A stretch of DNA of 58,732 nt. Origin: Spirochaetaceae bacterium. GTDB lineage: Bacteria > Spirochaetota > Spirochaetia > DSM-27196 > SLST01. Positions 35,757 to 45,666 of the stretch are shown here, piece after piece (the stretch's first letter is position 1; every line of letters begins with the position of its first letter). The notes beneath the pieces were generated by a model. It had not been told where the DNA came from. It worked only from the letters and a program-made list of their open reading frames with translations, and made no database searches. Made by a program: the position numbers and the translations under genes. The DNA is taken from the NCBI GenBank assembly GCA_007118855.1, contig SKQU01000259.1, positions 1 through 58,732 on the forward strand, written 5' to 3'.

Positions 35757-38209
35757 TCCTCCTCCGCATGCGTCGGCGACGAACCCGAATCTGCGTCGGT
35801 CTCCAACCTCGGTCTTCCGGGAGTAATGATCACGTCGTCCGCAAGGACGTCCGCCGTTGCATGACCGCCGTCCTGCAGCTCGCCGAAGAGCACCGCATCG
35901 ACGAAGTAACCCTTGATCTTCTCCTCGACGAGGCGGGCGATGTTGCGGGCGCCGAACTCCTCGGAGAATCCGTGCTCCGCGAGCCATGCGACGCAACGAT
36001 CGGTCACCTCGAGGCTGATGTTCTTCTCCTGGAGCTGGAGCGCGAACTCGGCGATCTCCTTGCGCACGATGCTCTCAATCGTCCCGCTCGCGAGCTTGTT
36101 GAACTGGACGACCTTGTCGAGCCGATTACGGAACTCAGGAGCAAAGAACCGTTCCACCGCCTCATCAACGGCTTCGCTGGTGACGCGCTTGCCGCCGAAG
36201 CCGATCATGGGCTTCCCGATCTCACGTGCCCCGGCATTGGAGGTCATGATGAGGATCACGTTGCCGAAGTCGGCCTTTCGTCCCTGGTTGTCGGTGAGCG
36301 TCGCGTAGTCCATCACCTGGAGCAGCACGTTGAACACTTCCGGATGCGCCTTCTCCACCTCATCGAGCAGCAAGACCGCGTGCGGCGTCTTGCGCACGAT
36401 ATCCACGAGCTGCGCCCCGTCGTCGTACCCAACGTATCCCGGCGGCGCCCCGATCAGGCGCGACACTGCGTACCGTTCCTGGTACTCGCTCATGTCGAAG
36501 CGATGCATAGCGACACCGAGTGTCTGCGCGAGCTGGCGGGCCAGCTCGGTCTTGCCGACACCGGTGGGCCCGACGAACAGGAACGAGGCAACCGGCTTGT
36601 TCGCACCACGGAAGCCCGCCCGGCTTCGTTTGACCGCCTGAACGACGGCGTCGATCGCCTGATCCTGCCCGAAGATGACACGACGAAGCGCCGGCTCGAG
36701 TTCCTTCAGTCGGTCCTTCTCGCTGATGGACACGCTTCGCTCCGGCACGTTCGCGATCTTCGACACCACCCGTTCGATGTCGAGCGCGCCGATCTCGACC
36801 GGCGGCTCTTCGGGCTCTTCATTGGTCCCGCCGGCGGCCTGCTCGTTCGTCGCGGCTTCGTCCGCGTCTCGATCCTCGTGCTCCGGAGCGGCCTCGCCGG
36901 CCTCCCGCTTCAGGCGAAAGGTCCGCATACGCACGTATGCCCCGCACTCGTCGATCACGTCGATCGCCTTGTCCGGCAGATGCCGGTCCTTGATGTACTG
37001 ATCCGACAGGCGGGCCGCAAGGTCAAGGGCCTCGTCGCTGTACCTGACGTTATGGAACTCCTCGTACCGGCCCTTCAGGCCCTTGAGGATATCTACCGCG
37101 TCGGCAATGGACGGTTCGGGAACATCGATCTTCTGGAACCGCCGGGAGAGCGCACGATCACGCTCGAAGTACTTGCGGTACTCGTCGTGGGTCGTCGCGC
37201 CGATGCATCGAAGCCTGCCGGCGGCAAGCGCGGGCTTGAGCAGATTGGACGCTTCAATGGAGCCGCCGCCGGCGGTTCCGCCGGCGCCGACGATCGTGTG
37301 GATCTCGTCGATGAAGAGGATGACCTTTTCCTCCGACTCGAGCCGCTTGATGACCGCCTTCATCCGCTCCTCGAAATCGCCCCTGAACCGTGTGCCGGCG
37401 AGGACGGCTCCCATGTCGAGCGCGAACACCCGGTACTCTTTGAGGATGTCCGGCACCTCGCCGCTCGTGATCCGCTGGGCGAGCCCCTCGGTAATCGCGG
37501 TCTTCCCGACCCCCGGGTCGCCGAGGTGAACCGGGTTGTTCTTCAGACGACGGCAGAGCACCTGGATCGTCCGCTCGAGAATGTCCTGCCGCCCGACGAG
37601 CGGTTCGAGCCGCCCTTCCTTCGCAAGGGCGGTGAGCTCGGTCGTGAACTGCTCGAGGGGGTCGCTCTTCCGCCGTTTTCGCCCCTGCGCCGTCGCGCCG
37701 GGCACGTCTTCCTCGTCACCGGCCTCGTGCGGATCCTCAACCGTCTCCTCGTCGTCGGCGCCGAAGGTATCCGGGTCCTCGCCGAGCCCGGTGATGCCGT
37801 GGGAGATGACCTCGAGCAGGGCGAGCCGCCTGATCCCGGCCTTCTTCAGGAAATAGGCACCAAAGCTCTGCTCCTCATCGAAGACGCTGACCAGCAGGTC
37901 GCCCACCTCCACCTGGTCCTTGGCCGCGCTTTCGGTGTGAAAGACGGCTCGCTCGACGATGTTCTGAAACCCGAGCGACTGCTGCGGATCGCCGCGTGGA
38001 ACCCGAGGCACGTTGTCGCTCAGATGCTGATCGAGCTCCGTACGGATCTGGTCGGGATCCGCACCGCACTGGGACAGCACCTCTCGCGGGTACTCGTAGT
38101 GAAGCGCGGCATACAGCACGTGTTCCGGGGTAAGGTACTCGTGCTTGCGCTGTCGCGCCTCCTGGTATGCGGAACTCAGGATTTCGTTGACGTCCTGACT
38201 GAGATTCAT
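35750..38209 (-). CDS. clpA: ATP-dependent Clp protease ATP-binding subunit ClpA
   Basis: Clp-N domain, two AAA+ modules ([16 protein letters not shown]), IGF loop; preceded by clpS. Start at ATG 38209. Confidence 0.95.
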   Translation of the reverse strand: MNLSQDVNEILSSAYQEARQRKHEYLTPEHVLYAALHYEYPREVLSQCGADPDQIRTELDQHLSDNVPRVPRGDPQQSLGFQNIVERAVFHTESAAKDQVEVGDLLVSVFDEEQSFGAYFLKKAGIRRLALLEVISHGITGLGEDPDTFGADDEETVEDPHEAGDEEDVPGATAQGRKRRKSDPLEQFTTELTALAKEGRLEPLVGRQDILERTIQVLCRRLKNNPVHLGDPGVGKTAITEGLAQRITSGEVPDILKEYRVFALDMGAVLAGTRFRGDFEERMKAVIKRLESEEKVILFIDEIHTIVGAGGTAGGGSIEASNLLKPALAAGRLRCIGATTHDEYRKYFERDRALSRRFQKIDVPEPSIADAVDILKGLKGRYEEFHNVRYSDEALDLAARLSDQYIKDRHLPDKAIDVIDECGAYVRMRTFRLKREAGEAAPEHEDRDADEAATNEQAAGGTNEEPEEPPVEIGALDIERVVSKIANVPERSVSISEKDRLKELEPALRRVIFGQDQAIDAVVQAVKRSRAGFRGANKPVASFLFVGPTGVGKTELARQLAQTLGVAMHRFDMSEYQERYAVSRLIGAPPGYVGYDDGAQLVDIVRKTPHAVLLLDEVEKAHPEVFNVLLQVMDYATLTDNQGRKADFGNVILIMTSNAGAREIGKPMIGFGGKRVTSEAVDEAVERFFAPEFRNRLDKVVQFNKLASGTIESIVRKEIAEFALQLQEKNISLEVTDRCVAWLAEHGFSEEFGARNIARLVEEKIKGYFVDAVLFGELQDGGHATADVLADDVIITPGRPRLETDADSGSSPTHAEEES

Positions 38210-38277
38210 GAACCCTCCGTGTCTAAGATGATCACGCCGGCGGCAGAACGGCAATGCCCTCGCGCATCACCGCGCCG

Positions 38278-38595
38278 TCACGCGCGCTCCACAGTGCACC
38301 GAAGCGGGAACTCCCGCTCTCGGGCCATCCGGTGAACGTGCTGGGCCTTGGTAGAGGCGATGTCGAAGGTATACGAACCGACGACCCCGCGGCCCTTGCG
38401 ATGGACGTCGAGCATGATCTTTGTGGCGGCGATGATGTCCTTGTGGAATACCCTGATCAGGACCTCGACGACGAAATCCATCGTCGTGTAGTTGTCGTTG
38501 TGGAGCACGACCCGGAACTGGTCCGGTTCGCGCACCTCCTCGTCGGGTCGATCCTGTACGTCGGGCCCGACGCCGGGCCGAATATCCTCACTCAT
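38278..38595 (-). CDS. clpS: Clp protease adaptor ClpS
   Basis: Motif VVLHNDNYTTMDFVVEVL...IMLDVH..G...FPL. Confidence 0.97.
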   Translation of the reverse strand: MSEDIRPGVGPDVQDRPDEEVREPDQFRVVLHNDNYTTMDFVVEVLIRVFHKDIIAATKIMLDVHRKGRGVVGSYTFDIASTKAQHVHRMAREREFPLRCTVERA

Positions 38596-38878
38596 GGATC
38601 CAACGTCTATACCGTTGCACGTACTCGCAGCTCAACGGCATGAACCTGCCGCACAGCGCGTGCAAAACGCTCACCTTCCTGCATCGTGACTCGACGCGAA
38701 AGCGCCGACCATACACCCGGCACCGTCGATCTCTGGGGTCAAGATACGAGCAGGTGCGCCGCAGGTCAACGCGGATCCCGGCGGCTACCCGGCTGCGATC
38801 GGAACAGCAGAGGCCGCACCCTGCGCATATGCGGTCCCACCGCGAGTCGGCGGCCCGTCGCATCTGAAGAAGGCCCAT
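38588..38878 (-). CDS. YcgN/YkgJ-like cysteine-cluster protein
   Basis: CAGCGLCC...CSYLD...CRVY.RR...C...CEY; overlaps both neighbours. Confidence 0.75.
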   Translation of the reverse strand: MGLLQMRRAADSRWDRICAGCGLCCSDRSRVAAGIRVDLRRTCSYLDPRDRRCRVYGRRFRVESRCRKVSVLHALCGRFMPLSCEYVQRYRRWIHE

Positions 38879-40989
38879 CAGAACTCCAGCGGACCGAAGT
38901 ACCCCACCTCGTCACGACCGCTGCGTTGCAGGAGATAGGCCTCGACCTCCAGCGGTATGTAGGCACGCCCGAAATCGCTGTTGTGCACGCTGTTGTACGA
39001 CAGGAGGTAGGTCCCGCTCGGTGACCGACGAATCGCATCGACAACCGGCCCGACCCCCCGCGGCTGATAGACCCAGGAGGCAGAACCGCCGGTCGCTTCG
39101 GCAAGAAACTCCAGCTCCGCGTTGACGGCGTTCCTGCCGGTGTAGACGACGTGCAGCGAGACATGGTTGTTCCGCAGATGGGCGGCGGTCTCAGCCAGTG
39201 AGTAGGCATCGAATGCGTGGGGCGAAAGTTCGCCGTTGGACACGATCACGAGCCCTCGCCGTCCGAGCTCGCCGAGCAACTGATACACCGCAAGGCGTAT
39301 CCCCAGGTCGAGTCGGCCCGACTCCGTAGGGTACACACTCGCCCGCTCGCTCGCCTCACCCACGGCAAGCCGCCCCGCACCGGGCTCGCTCTCCAGAACC
39401 GGATGATCGCCGGCGCCGACCACCCAGAGTCGGTCACCGGTCCTCAACGCGTCATGCATCTCGAGCGCCGCCGCGCGCGCGGCCTCCCGGTCCTCCCGAC
39501 CGGCGGCCCACGGGTCGACGAGCAGCGAGAGAACCGTCTCCCCGCTGCGGTACCCGGCATACTCGACGGTGAGCGGGCCGGTGGGAAACCGGTCCTCGGT
39601 GATGCGGAAATTGCTCGGCCCGAGCCCGAGAACCGGTTCTCCGTTTCGATCGGTGACGGTCACTGCGGCATACACGCGCGGATGCTCTACCGCGCTCACC
39701 GACTCGACCTCCACGTTGAGGCCGGTATACAACTCCTCGCTCGCCGCGAGAAACAGTATGGAACTCGAGTTGATGTCGGCGGCAAGGAGGTTCCGGTTCG
39801 CATCGATCGCCGCACCAAGGAGCCGGCGGTTCGGATTGAGCTCGGTCAGCAGGGCCACGGTCTCTCGCTCAATGCCGATCACGTAGATCCGGTATGCATC
39901 GCTGACCAGGAGACTCCCGGCCTCGTAGAGCGAGAGACCCTCCGGCCGGTCCATCAGCGGTGTCCGGATCTCGCCCAGGTAGTTCCCGCTCTCATCGAAG
40001 ACCGCGATCCGGGAGTTCACGGTATCGGCGACGTAGACACGCCCGGCGGTCACGACGATGCCGGCCGGAGAGAAGGAGCGGAGGCTGGTGCCGCGTCCGC
40101 CGAACGAGAAGAGGAACTCCCCGTCCGTCGTGAACTTCGAGACGCGGCCGTTGCCGTGGTCCGAGACGTAGACGTGACCCTGACCGTCGGAGGCGAGATA
40201 CTGCGGCCCGAGCAGCTCACCGGGCCCTATCCCCGTCCTTCCGAACGATCCCACCTTGAACCCGTCGGCCGACACTCTCGCGATCCGGTTCGCGCCGAAC
40301 TCGCTGACGAGCAGCGAGCCGTCCGGCAACGCAAGTACGTCGAATGGTCGGTCAAACCCTTCGATGCCGCCGTCTATGACCCTTCTGCGTACTCCGTTCG
40401 GGTCGAGTAGCACGACGGTGTGAGTCGCGAAGGAGGCGACGTAGGACGAACCGTCGCTTCGGGGCCGGACGTTCGTCGGGCTGCGGAAGAGGGTAAGGTC
40501 CGCCTGACGGCCGGGCAGATCGATCATCGTCACGTACCTGCCGGGACTGACGGCGGTGCCCAGCCGCTCGGTCGTCAGACCGCGGCTGAGCTCGACCCGT
40601 TCGATCCACTTGTCCAGAACCGACGTTCGGCTGCCGCGTTCGGCCACCCATCGCCACTCGTTGAGGGCCGCCTCCTCGAAGCCGGCATAGTAGTAGGCGC
40701 GTCCGAGCCAGTACCGGGTCAGGGTCCGTTCCGACGCGAAGCTGAGACTACGGTTGAGGCTTTCGATCGCTTCGTGGAACCGGCCGTTGTGGAGCGAGAC
40801 CACGCCCCAGCGGAACTCCTCGTTCGCCGTGATCTCGTCGAGGTTGATGGGTTGCGAACGGACAGGCGGGGGCAGCCAGAGTGCCGCCAGCCAGAGTGCC
40901 GCCAGCCAGAGTGCCGCGAGCCGCAGCGCCGTGATCCGCCGGGTTGCGGGCACGGCGACATCCGTGGGGCGTCTACGGGTCACGCTCAC
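38878..40989 (-). CDS. exported TPR + NHL propeller + vWA-like protein (flagellar collar BB0236/FlcD-like)
   Basis: Signal peptide, TPR (YWLGRAYY), NHL repeats (YVSDHGNGRV, YVADTVNSRI), C-terminal vWA-like region (LAEATGG). The collar assignment is inferred from architecture and context. Confidence 0.8.
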   Translation of the reverse strand: MSVTRRRPTDVAVPATRRITALRLAALWLAALWLAALWLPPPVRSQPINLDEITANEEFRWGVVSLHNGRFHEAIESLNRSLSFASERTLTRYWLGRAYYYAGFEEAALNEWRWVAERGSRTSVLDKWIERVELSRGLTTERLGTAVSPGRYVTMIDLPGRQADLTLFRSPTNVRPRSDGSSYVASFATHTVVLLDPNGVRRRVIDGGIEGFDRPFDVLALPDGSLLVSEFGANRIARVSADGFKVGSFGRTGIGPGELLGPQYLASDGQGHVYVSDHGNGRVSKFTTDGEFLFSFGGRGTSLRSFSPAGIVVTAGRVYVADTVNSRIAVFDESGNYLGEIRTPLMDRPEGLSLYEAGSLLVSDAYRIYVIGIERETVALLTELNPNRRLLGAAIDANRNLLAADINSSSILFLAASEELYTGLNVEVESVSAVEHPRVYAAVTVTDRNGEPVLGLGPSNFRITEDRFPTGPLTVEYAGYRSGETVLSLLVDPWAAGREDREAARAAALEMHDALRTGDRLWVVGAGDHPVLESEPGAGRLAVGEASERASVYPTESGRLDLGIRLAVYQLLGELGRRGLVIVSNGELSPHAFDAYSLAETAAHLRNNHVSLHVVYTGRNAVNAELEFLAEATGGSASWVYQPRGVGPVVDAIRRSPSGTYLLSYNSVHNSDFGRAYIPLEVEAYLLQRSGRDEVGYFGPLEF
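40873..40917 (+). repeat. 15-bp tandem repeat x3, encoding AALWL in a signal peptide
   Basis: (CAGCCAGAGTGCCGC)x3. Confidence 0.93.
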
Positions 40990-41660
40990 GTCCTTGCTCC
41001 CGACGGACCATGCAGAACCTCCCTGAGGTGAGCGGCGATCTCCTTGTTGCCAGGGGCCGCCTCGAGCGCCGAGCGCAGCACGTCACGAGCCTCATCAACG
41101 CGACCGAGCCGGTAGTAAGACCACCCGAGCGAGTCGAGATAGGCGGGATTCTTCGGCTGGCGTCGGACGGCTCTGCGGCAACAGTCCACCGCACGGCGCG
41201 GGTCGCTACCGGTGTCGGCGAGGATGAACCCCAGAGAGTTCAGCGCATTGCTGTTTTCGGGATCGAGCTCCAACGCACGCTCGAGCTCGGCGACCGCCGC
41301 TTCGGTGTCTTCCTGGGCGTGGAGGACGAACCCGAGCGCGGCGTGGGTGCGGGCGGAATCGAACCCGTCGTCGAGGAGCTTTCGAAACTCGAACTCCGCG
41401 AGCCGGAACCGTCCGGTCACCGAGTAGATGAACCCGAGGATCATCCGACTCTGATAGACGTGGGTGAAGCTCAGCTCGGAGGTGACGACCTGTTCGAGGT
41501 AGAGGAGTGCCTCGTCATGGCGACCGAGGTGGGTATAACAGAGCCCCAGGTAGTAGGATAGCTCCGGATAGTCGGGACTCTCAACATGAGCGTTGAGCAG
41601 ATGCTGGAGCGCGCGCTCATACTGGCCGCGCTTCAGGAGCCGAATGCCCTCGTTCATCAT
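40986..41660 (-). CDS. TPR-repeat protein
   Basis: Motifs YYLGLCY, ALNSLGF, YLDSLGWSYY. Confidence 0.9.
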   Translation of the reverse strand: MMNEGIRLLKRGQYERALQHLLNAHVESPDYPELSYYLGLCYTHLGRHDEALLYLEQVVTSELSFTHVYQSRMILGFIYSVTGRFRLAEFEFRKLLDDGFDSARTHAALGFVLHAQEDTEAAVAELERALELDPENSNALNSLGFILADTGSDPRRAVDCCRRAVRRQPKNPAYLDSLGWSYYRLGRVDEARDVLRSALEAAPGNKEIAAHLREVLHGPSGART

Positions 41661-41666
41661 TGGTGA

Positions 41667-42416
41667 TTATATACCCTTTGCAACGAAATCGGCAGACTGG
41701 TACGCCTCGTCCTCGTGGTGATCAACCGGATTGAGGTAGATAGGGCTCACCGACACTGCGCCCTCCGCAACTGCGGTCCAGTCGCTGCCTTCCTCCATCG
41801 GCGTTTCTACCGGATGCCCGTTCAGAAAATAGTAGCGGTCGCCGCGAGGCGACTGGAACTCTTCCAGCTGGTCATGGTACATCCGCCAGCTCGGATAGGT
41901 GATCCGTACGGGCAGTCTGTCCGAATCGATGTTGGGGCCGTTGATGTTGATCAGGTGGCGAGGGTTCCACAGCGTCACAAGCTGGTCGATCGTGCGTGCT
42001 ACGAACCGGGAGAGCGGCTCCAGGTGAAACGGCGGTCGATACGAGTTGATGCTCACCGCGATACCCGGTACGCCCATGAAGGCCGCCTGCCGCGCGGCCG
42101 CAACGGTACCGGAGAAGATGATGTCTGTTCCAAGGTTCGGTCCGATGTTGATCCCTGAGACCACGACATCGGGCTTCTCCTCCATGATCCCGAGCATGCC
42201 CACGATCACACAGTCGGCCGGCGTTCCGCTCGAGGCGAAGATCCGGGGGCCGAGCTGCCTGCATCGGATCGGGTCGTGCACGGTAATCGAATGAGACTGG
42301 GCGCTGCGTTCGCCGTCCGGCGCGATGATCCAGATCTCGTGCTCTGCAAGCGTTTCCTGGAGCGCGAGCAATCCGGCACTTTCGATTCCGTCGTCGTTGG
42401 TCAGCAAGACCCTCAC
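41667..42416 (-). CDS. surE: 5'/3'-nucleotidase SurE
   Basis: Motifs LLTNDDG, GTPADCV, SGINIGPNLG, SGTVAAA. Confidence 0.97.
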   Translation of the reverse strand: MRVLLTNDDGIESAGLLALQETLAEHEIWIIAPDGERSAQSHSITVHDPIRCRQLGPRIFASSGTPADCVIVGMLGIMEEKPDVVVSGINIGPNLGTDIIFSGTVAAARQAAFMGVPGIAVSINSYRPPFHLEPLSRFVARTIDQLVTLWNPRHLININGPNIDSDRLPVRITYPSWRMYHDQLEEFQSPRGDRYYFLNGHPVETPMEEGSDWTAVAEGAVSVSPIYLNPVDHHEDEAYQSADFVAKGI

Positions 42417-43570
42417 GGACCCTCCCGGTAGTCAACGCGCACCCCGTCGTCGGGAGCGCAGGCCAGTACGGTCGGATGAAACCCGAAGATCCGCTCGTAC
42501 TGATGCAGCAGATCCGCCAGCCCGTCATTGGTGTCGGCTCGGCCGAACACCAATGCGCAGGTCCCCGAGGAGCCCCCGGCCAGACGCGCGCCGTACACCC
42601 CGCGGACCGTCAGTGCGTGCTTCACCAACCAGTCTACCTCCGGCGTGGTGCCTTCGTACAGGTCACGAAGGCTCTCGTGGCTCTCGGTCAGCAGCTTCCC
42701 TATCCGATCGAGGTCGCCGCGCACCATCGCCGAACGGCAGCTGAGCACGCGCTCGTTCTCGGCCACGATGTGCAGACAGTACCGTCGGGCGCTCTCGGGA
42801 ACGCGCCCGATACTCGAGGCGATCTCGTCGAGGGTGAAGTCCTGGAAGCTGCACCCGTTCCCGTATCCCGACAGGAGTTCGAGGCACCGGTCGCACTCGA
42901 TCTGGCGCAGCGCTTCTTCCTTCGCCGACAGTGCCGAGGGGGCATGCGTGTTGACGCCGAAGAGCGTCACACCGTCGAGAGACGCCTCGACATGCGTCCA
43001 GTCGAGTCGGTGACTGTCGATGAACAGGAAGTGACCACCCCGGGCCACCGCGGAGGTCAGAAAGTCGCCGAAGCCGACGGGAAGACGCTCGTAGGTGCGC
43101 TCCACGTGATATCCCACCTGCGCCGCCTCGATTTCGTCGATCGGTGTCCCGTACAGCCGCGAGAGCGCGTATGCGAGCGCCACGCCTATGGCCTGGGAGC
43201 TCGCGAGACCGATGCCTGTGGGAATTTCACTGGTCACCGTGACATTGACGCCGCGTACCCGCGAGCCCAGCGTCTGCAGACGACTGACCACGCCCTTGGT
43301 CAGCCCGGCAAACCGATCCTCCGGACGATACTTCAGAGCGGAGGCGCTCGTGCGTCTGCGCTCGTTCAGATCGGGAGCGTAGAAGCGAATCGAGCCGTCG
43401 TCGCGCAGTGATGCCGCGACCGAGGCGCGCTTGTTCATCGCGAACAGGAGCAGATATCCATCCGTCGACTCGGTGTGCGCCCCTATGAAATTTACGACCC
43501 CGGGGGCTGAGGTCACGATCGCTGGCTTTTCACCGTACTCCGCCTCGTGCAGCGACACGACATCGCTCAT
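42413..43570 (-). CDS. galactokinase-like GHMP kinase with divergent active site
   Basis: Motifs APGVVNFIGAHT, IPTGIGLASS, SHESLRDLYE, GARLAGG. Start at ATG 43570 after GAGGAG. Confidence 0.82.
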   Translation of the reverse strand: MSDVVSLHEAEYGEKPAIVTSAPGVVNFIGAHTESTDGYLLLFAMNKRASVAASLRDDGSIRFYAPDLNERRRTSASALKYRPEDRFAGLTKGVVSRLQTLGSRVRGVNVTVTSEIPTGIGLASSQAIGVALAYALSRLYGTPIDEIEAAQVGYHVERTYERLPVGFGDFLTSAVARGGHFLFIDSHRLDWTHVEASLDGVTLFGVNTHAPSALSAKEEALRQIECDRCLELLSGYGNGCSFQDFTLDEIASSIGRVPESARRYCLHIVAENERVLSCRSAMVRGDLDRIGKLLTESHESLRDLYEGTTPEVDWLVKHALTVRGVYGARLAGGSSGTCALVFGRADTNDGLADLLHQYERIFGFHPTVLACAPDDGVRVDYREGP

Positions 43571-43589
43571 AGTTCTCCTCGCCGCAAGC

Positions 43590-43617
43590 ATTATAGCTTG
43601 AAAACGCCGCCATGCAA
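43590..43617 (-). promoter_or_regulatory. sigma70 promoter of the galK-like/surE operon
   Basis: TTGCAT-16 bp-TATAAT. Confidence 0.55.
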
Positions 43618-43681
43618 TCGCTTCGCATGTCAATTTTCTCCACAGATCGCCGATCGCAGGCGGTTTTGGTACTATGAGGTC

Positions 43682-45289
43682 GTGCTGACCCGAACGACGA
43701 TACTCACATTGCTGTCGGCCATACTCTTCCCGCTCGCGCTGCCGAACGAGCTGTTTGCCTTCGGAAACCCGTTGATCGGGCTCGTCGCGCTCGCACCCTA
43801 CTACCTCGCGATCCGCGACACCAAGAACCCGAGAACGGCTGCACGGCTCGGCGCGCTGTTCGGAGCGGTGTCAACGTTGCTGGGTAACTACTGGCTGATG
43901 TTCTTCGGCGAGTTCTCGGTCTGGACGATCGGCGGCACCACGATCGGGTACGTAGCCTACAACTACGTCCTCGCCGGATTCCTCTGGCGCGCAACGCGTG
44001 AGCCGCTGACCGTTCGACCCGTACTCTTCGCCCTCGTGTGGACCGTCTACGAGTACCTGAAGAGCATTGGCTTTCTCGCCTATCCGTGGGGACTCGCCGC
44101 GTATCCGTTCAGCGAGCTGGCGGTCTTCACCCAGATCGTCGACGTGACCGGTGTCTGGGGACTGAGTTTCCTTGCGGTCTACGCGAACACCGCTGCGGCA
44201 GAAATCCTGTGTCCCTCCGCAGACGCCGCTCTTCAGACCAACGCCGCAGCGCCACGGGACGTTACGCCGCGCGCGGCCGCGCACCTCGCGATGGTGGCGG
44301 TTCTCGTGACGGGGATCGGCGGGTACGGCCTCGTTCGGCTCCACACACCGATTCCCGTTCGCACGACGCTCGAACTGATGCTCGTCCAACAGAACGCGGA
44401 TGCGTGGAACACACGGGACATCGCGCGTCCGCTCCTCATCACGCAAAGAGAGACGGAGAACGCTCTTGCCGCGGTCGAGCAGGAGCCGGACCTGATCGTC
44501 TGGAGCGAGACGAGCCTGCGATACATCTACGAGTCGGAGGGCGGCTGGTACGCGAGAAACCCTCCCGAACGTCCCTTCCTCGACTTCATTGCCGACCTGC
44601 CCGCTCCGCTGATGACCGGCAGCCCCATGCAGAGCAGCGAAGAGGACTTTGCCATTTACAACGCGGTGATACTGATCGACCGCGACACCACGGTGCGCCA
44701 GTGGTACGGGAAGCAGCACCTGGTACCGTTCGCGGAGATCATCCCGTTCTGGGACACTCGAGCGGTGCGTCGCTTCTTCGACTACGTGGTGGGGATCGAC
44801 GGCATCTGGACACCGGGGCCCGGTACCCGGCTGTTCTCGCTCACCGCCAGGGACGGCACCGAGGTTGAGATTGCCACCCCCGTCTGCTTCGAGGACGCAT
44901 TCGCCTACCTGAACCGGGCCTTCGTGCTCGCGGGTGCCGATCTCATCGTCAACCTCACGAACAATTCCTGGTCACGCACCAACTCGGCCCAGACACAGCA
45001 CTTCGTGGCCTCACGGTTCCGTGCGATCGAAACTCGCCGGAGCCTGGTTCGATCGACGAACTCCGGCTACACTACGATCATCGACCCCTGGGGACGAACG
45101 GTCGCATCGCGCCCGATGTTCGTCACGACGCATCTGTCGGCCACCGTCCCCGTCTACGCTCCCGAACGGGAGACCGTCTATACGACTTTCGGCGACTGGT
45201 TTCCCCGGTTGGTAGCCGCAGCGCTGACGATTCTCTTCGCCGCGACGTTCCTGCACAAAAAAAAGGGCGCCCGCGGCACCCTTGGTTGA
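43682..45289 (+). CDS. lnt: apolipoprotein N-acyltransferase, copy 1
   Basis: Multiple TMs; nitrilase-fold triad motifs WSET, KQHLVPFAE, CFED. Start set at GTG 43682. Confidence 0.93.
   Translation: MLTRTTILTLLSAILFPLALPNELFAFGNPLIGLVALAPYYLAIRDTKNPRTAARLGALFGAVSTLLGNYWLMFFGEFSVWTIGGTTIGYVAYNYVLAGFLWRATREPLTVRPVLFALVWTVYEYLKSIGFLAYPWGLAAYPFSELAVFTQIVDVTGVWGLSFLAVYANTAAAEILCPSADAALQTNAAAPRDVTPRAAAHLAMVAVLVTGIGGYGLVRLHTPIPVRTTLELMLVQQNADAWNTRDIARPLLITQRETENALAAVEQEPDLIVWSETSLRYIYESEGGWYARNPPERPFLDFIADLPAPLMTGSPMQSSEEDFAIYNAVILIDRDTTVRQWYGKQHLVPFAEIIPFWDTRAVRRFFDYVVGIDGIWTPGPGTRLFSLTARDGTEVEIATPVCFEDAFAYLNRAFVLAGADLIVNLTNNSWSRTNSAQTQHFVASRFRAIETRRSLVRSTNSGYTTIIDPWGRTVASRPMFVTTHLSATVPVYAPERETVYTTFGDWFPRLVAAALTILFAATFLHKKKGARGTLG
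45257..45283 (-). terminator. intrinsic terminator downstream of rpmE
   Basis: Minus strand AAGGGTGCC-GCG-GGCGCCC then T8; overlaps the 3' end of lnt. Confidence 0.8.
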
Positions 45290-45306
45290 AGTCAGGAGGA
45301 AATGGA

Positions 45307-45558
45307 TCAGCTCTGCGATCTGAGGTTGTACTTCTTGCGAAACCGCTCGACCCGTCCGGTGGTGTCCACGATCTGCTGTTTGCCGGTGTAGAAGGGGTGA
45401 GACGCGCTCGAGATTTCCACCTGGAAGAGCGGGTAGGTCTTGCCCTCGTACTCCACGGTCTCTTTCGTCTCCACCGTCGAACGCGTGAGAAACAGGGTCC
45501 CGGACGCGGCATCCTTGAACACCACTTCCCGGTAGTTCGGATGGATCTCTTTCTTCAT
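45307..45558 (-). CDS. rpmE2: 50S ribosomal protein L31 type B (no Zn-binding Cys)
   Basis: MKKEIHPNY...[14 protein letters not shown]...GRVERF. Confidence 0.95.
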   Translation of the reverse strand: MKKEIHPNYREVVFKDAASGTLFLTRSTVETKETVEYEGKTYPLFQVEISSASHPFYTGKQQIVDTTGRVERFRKKYNLRSQS

Positions 45559-45605
45559 GCTCACTCCCAATAGTGCGCTGACGGGGTTGGCCGCCGCAAG
45601 GCAGC

Positions 45606-45634
45606 AAGATACCAAAGCACCGACGCGGTGTCAA
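45606..45634 (-). promoter_or_regulatory. sigma70 promoter of rpmE
   Basis: TTGACA-17 bp-TATCTT. Confidence 0.75.
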
Positions 45635-45666
45635 TTCCACGGCTCCGCGACCGGGCGCTGCGGAGG

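Noticed and set aside
35757-35996. Extended aat start at 35996 from the ORF track
   Set aside because: It would overlap clpA by about 250 nt and add Arg-rich sequence unlike Aat.
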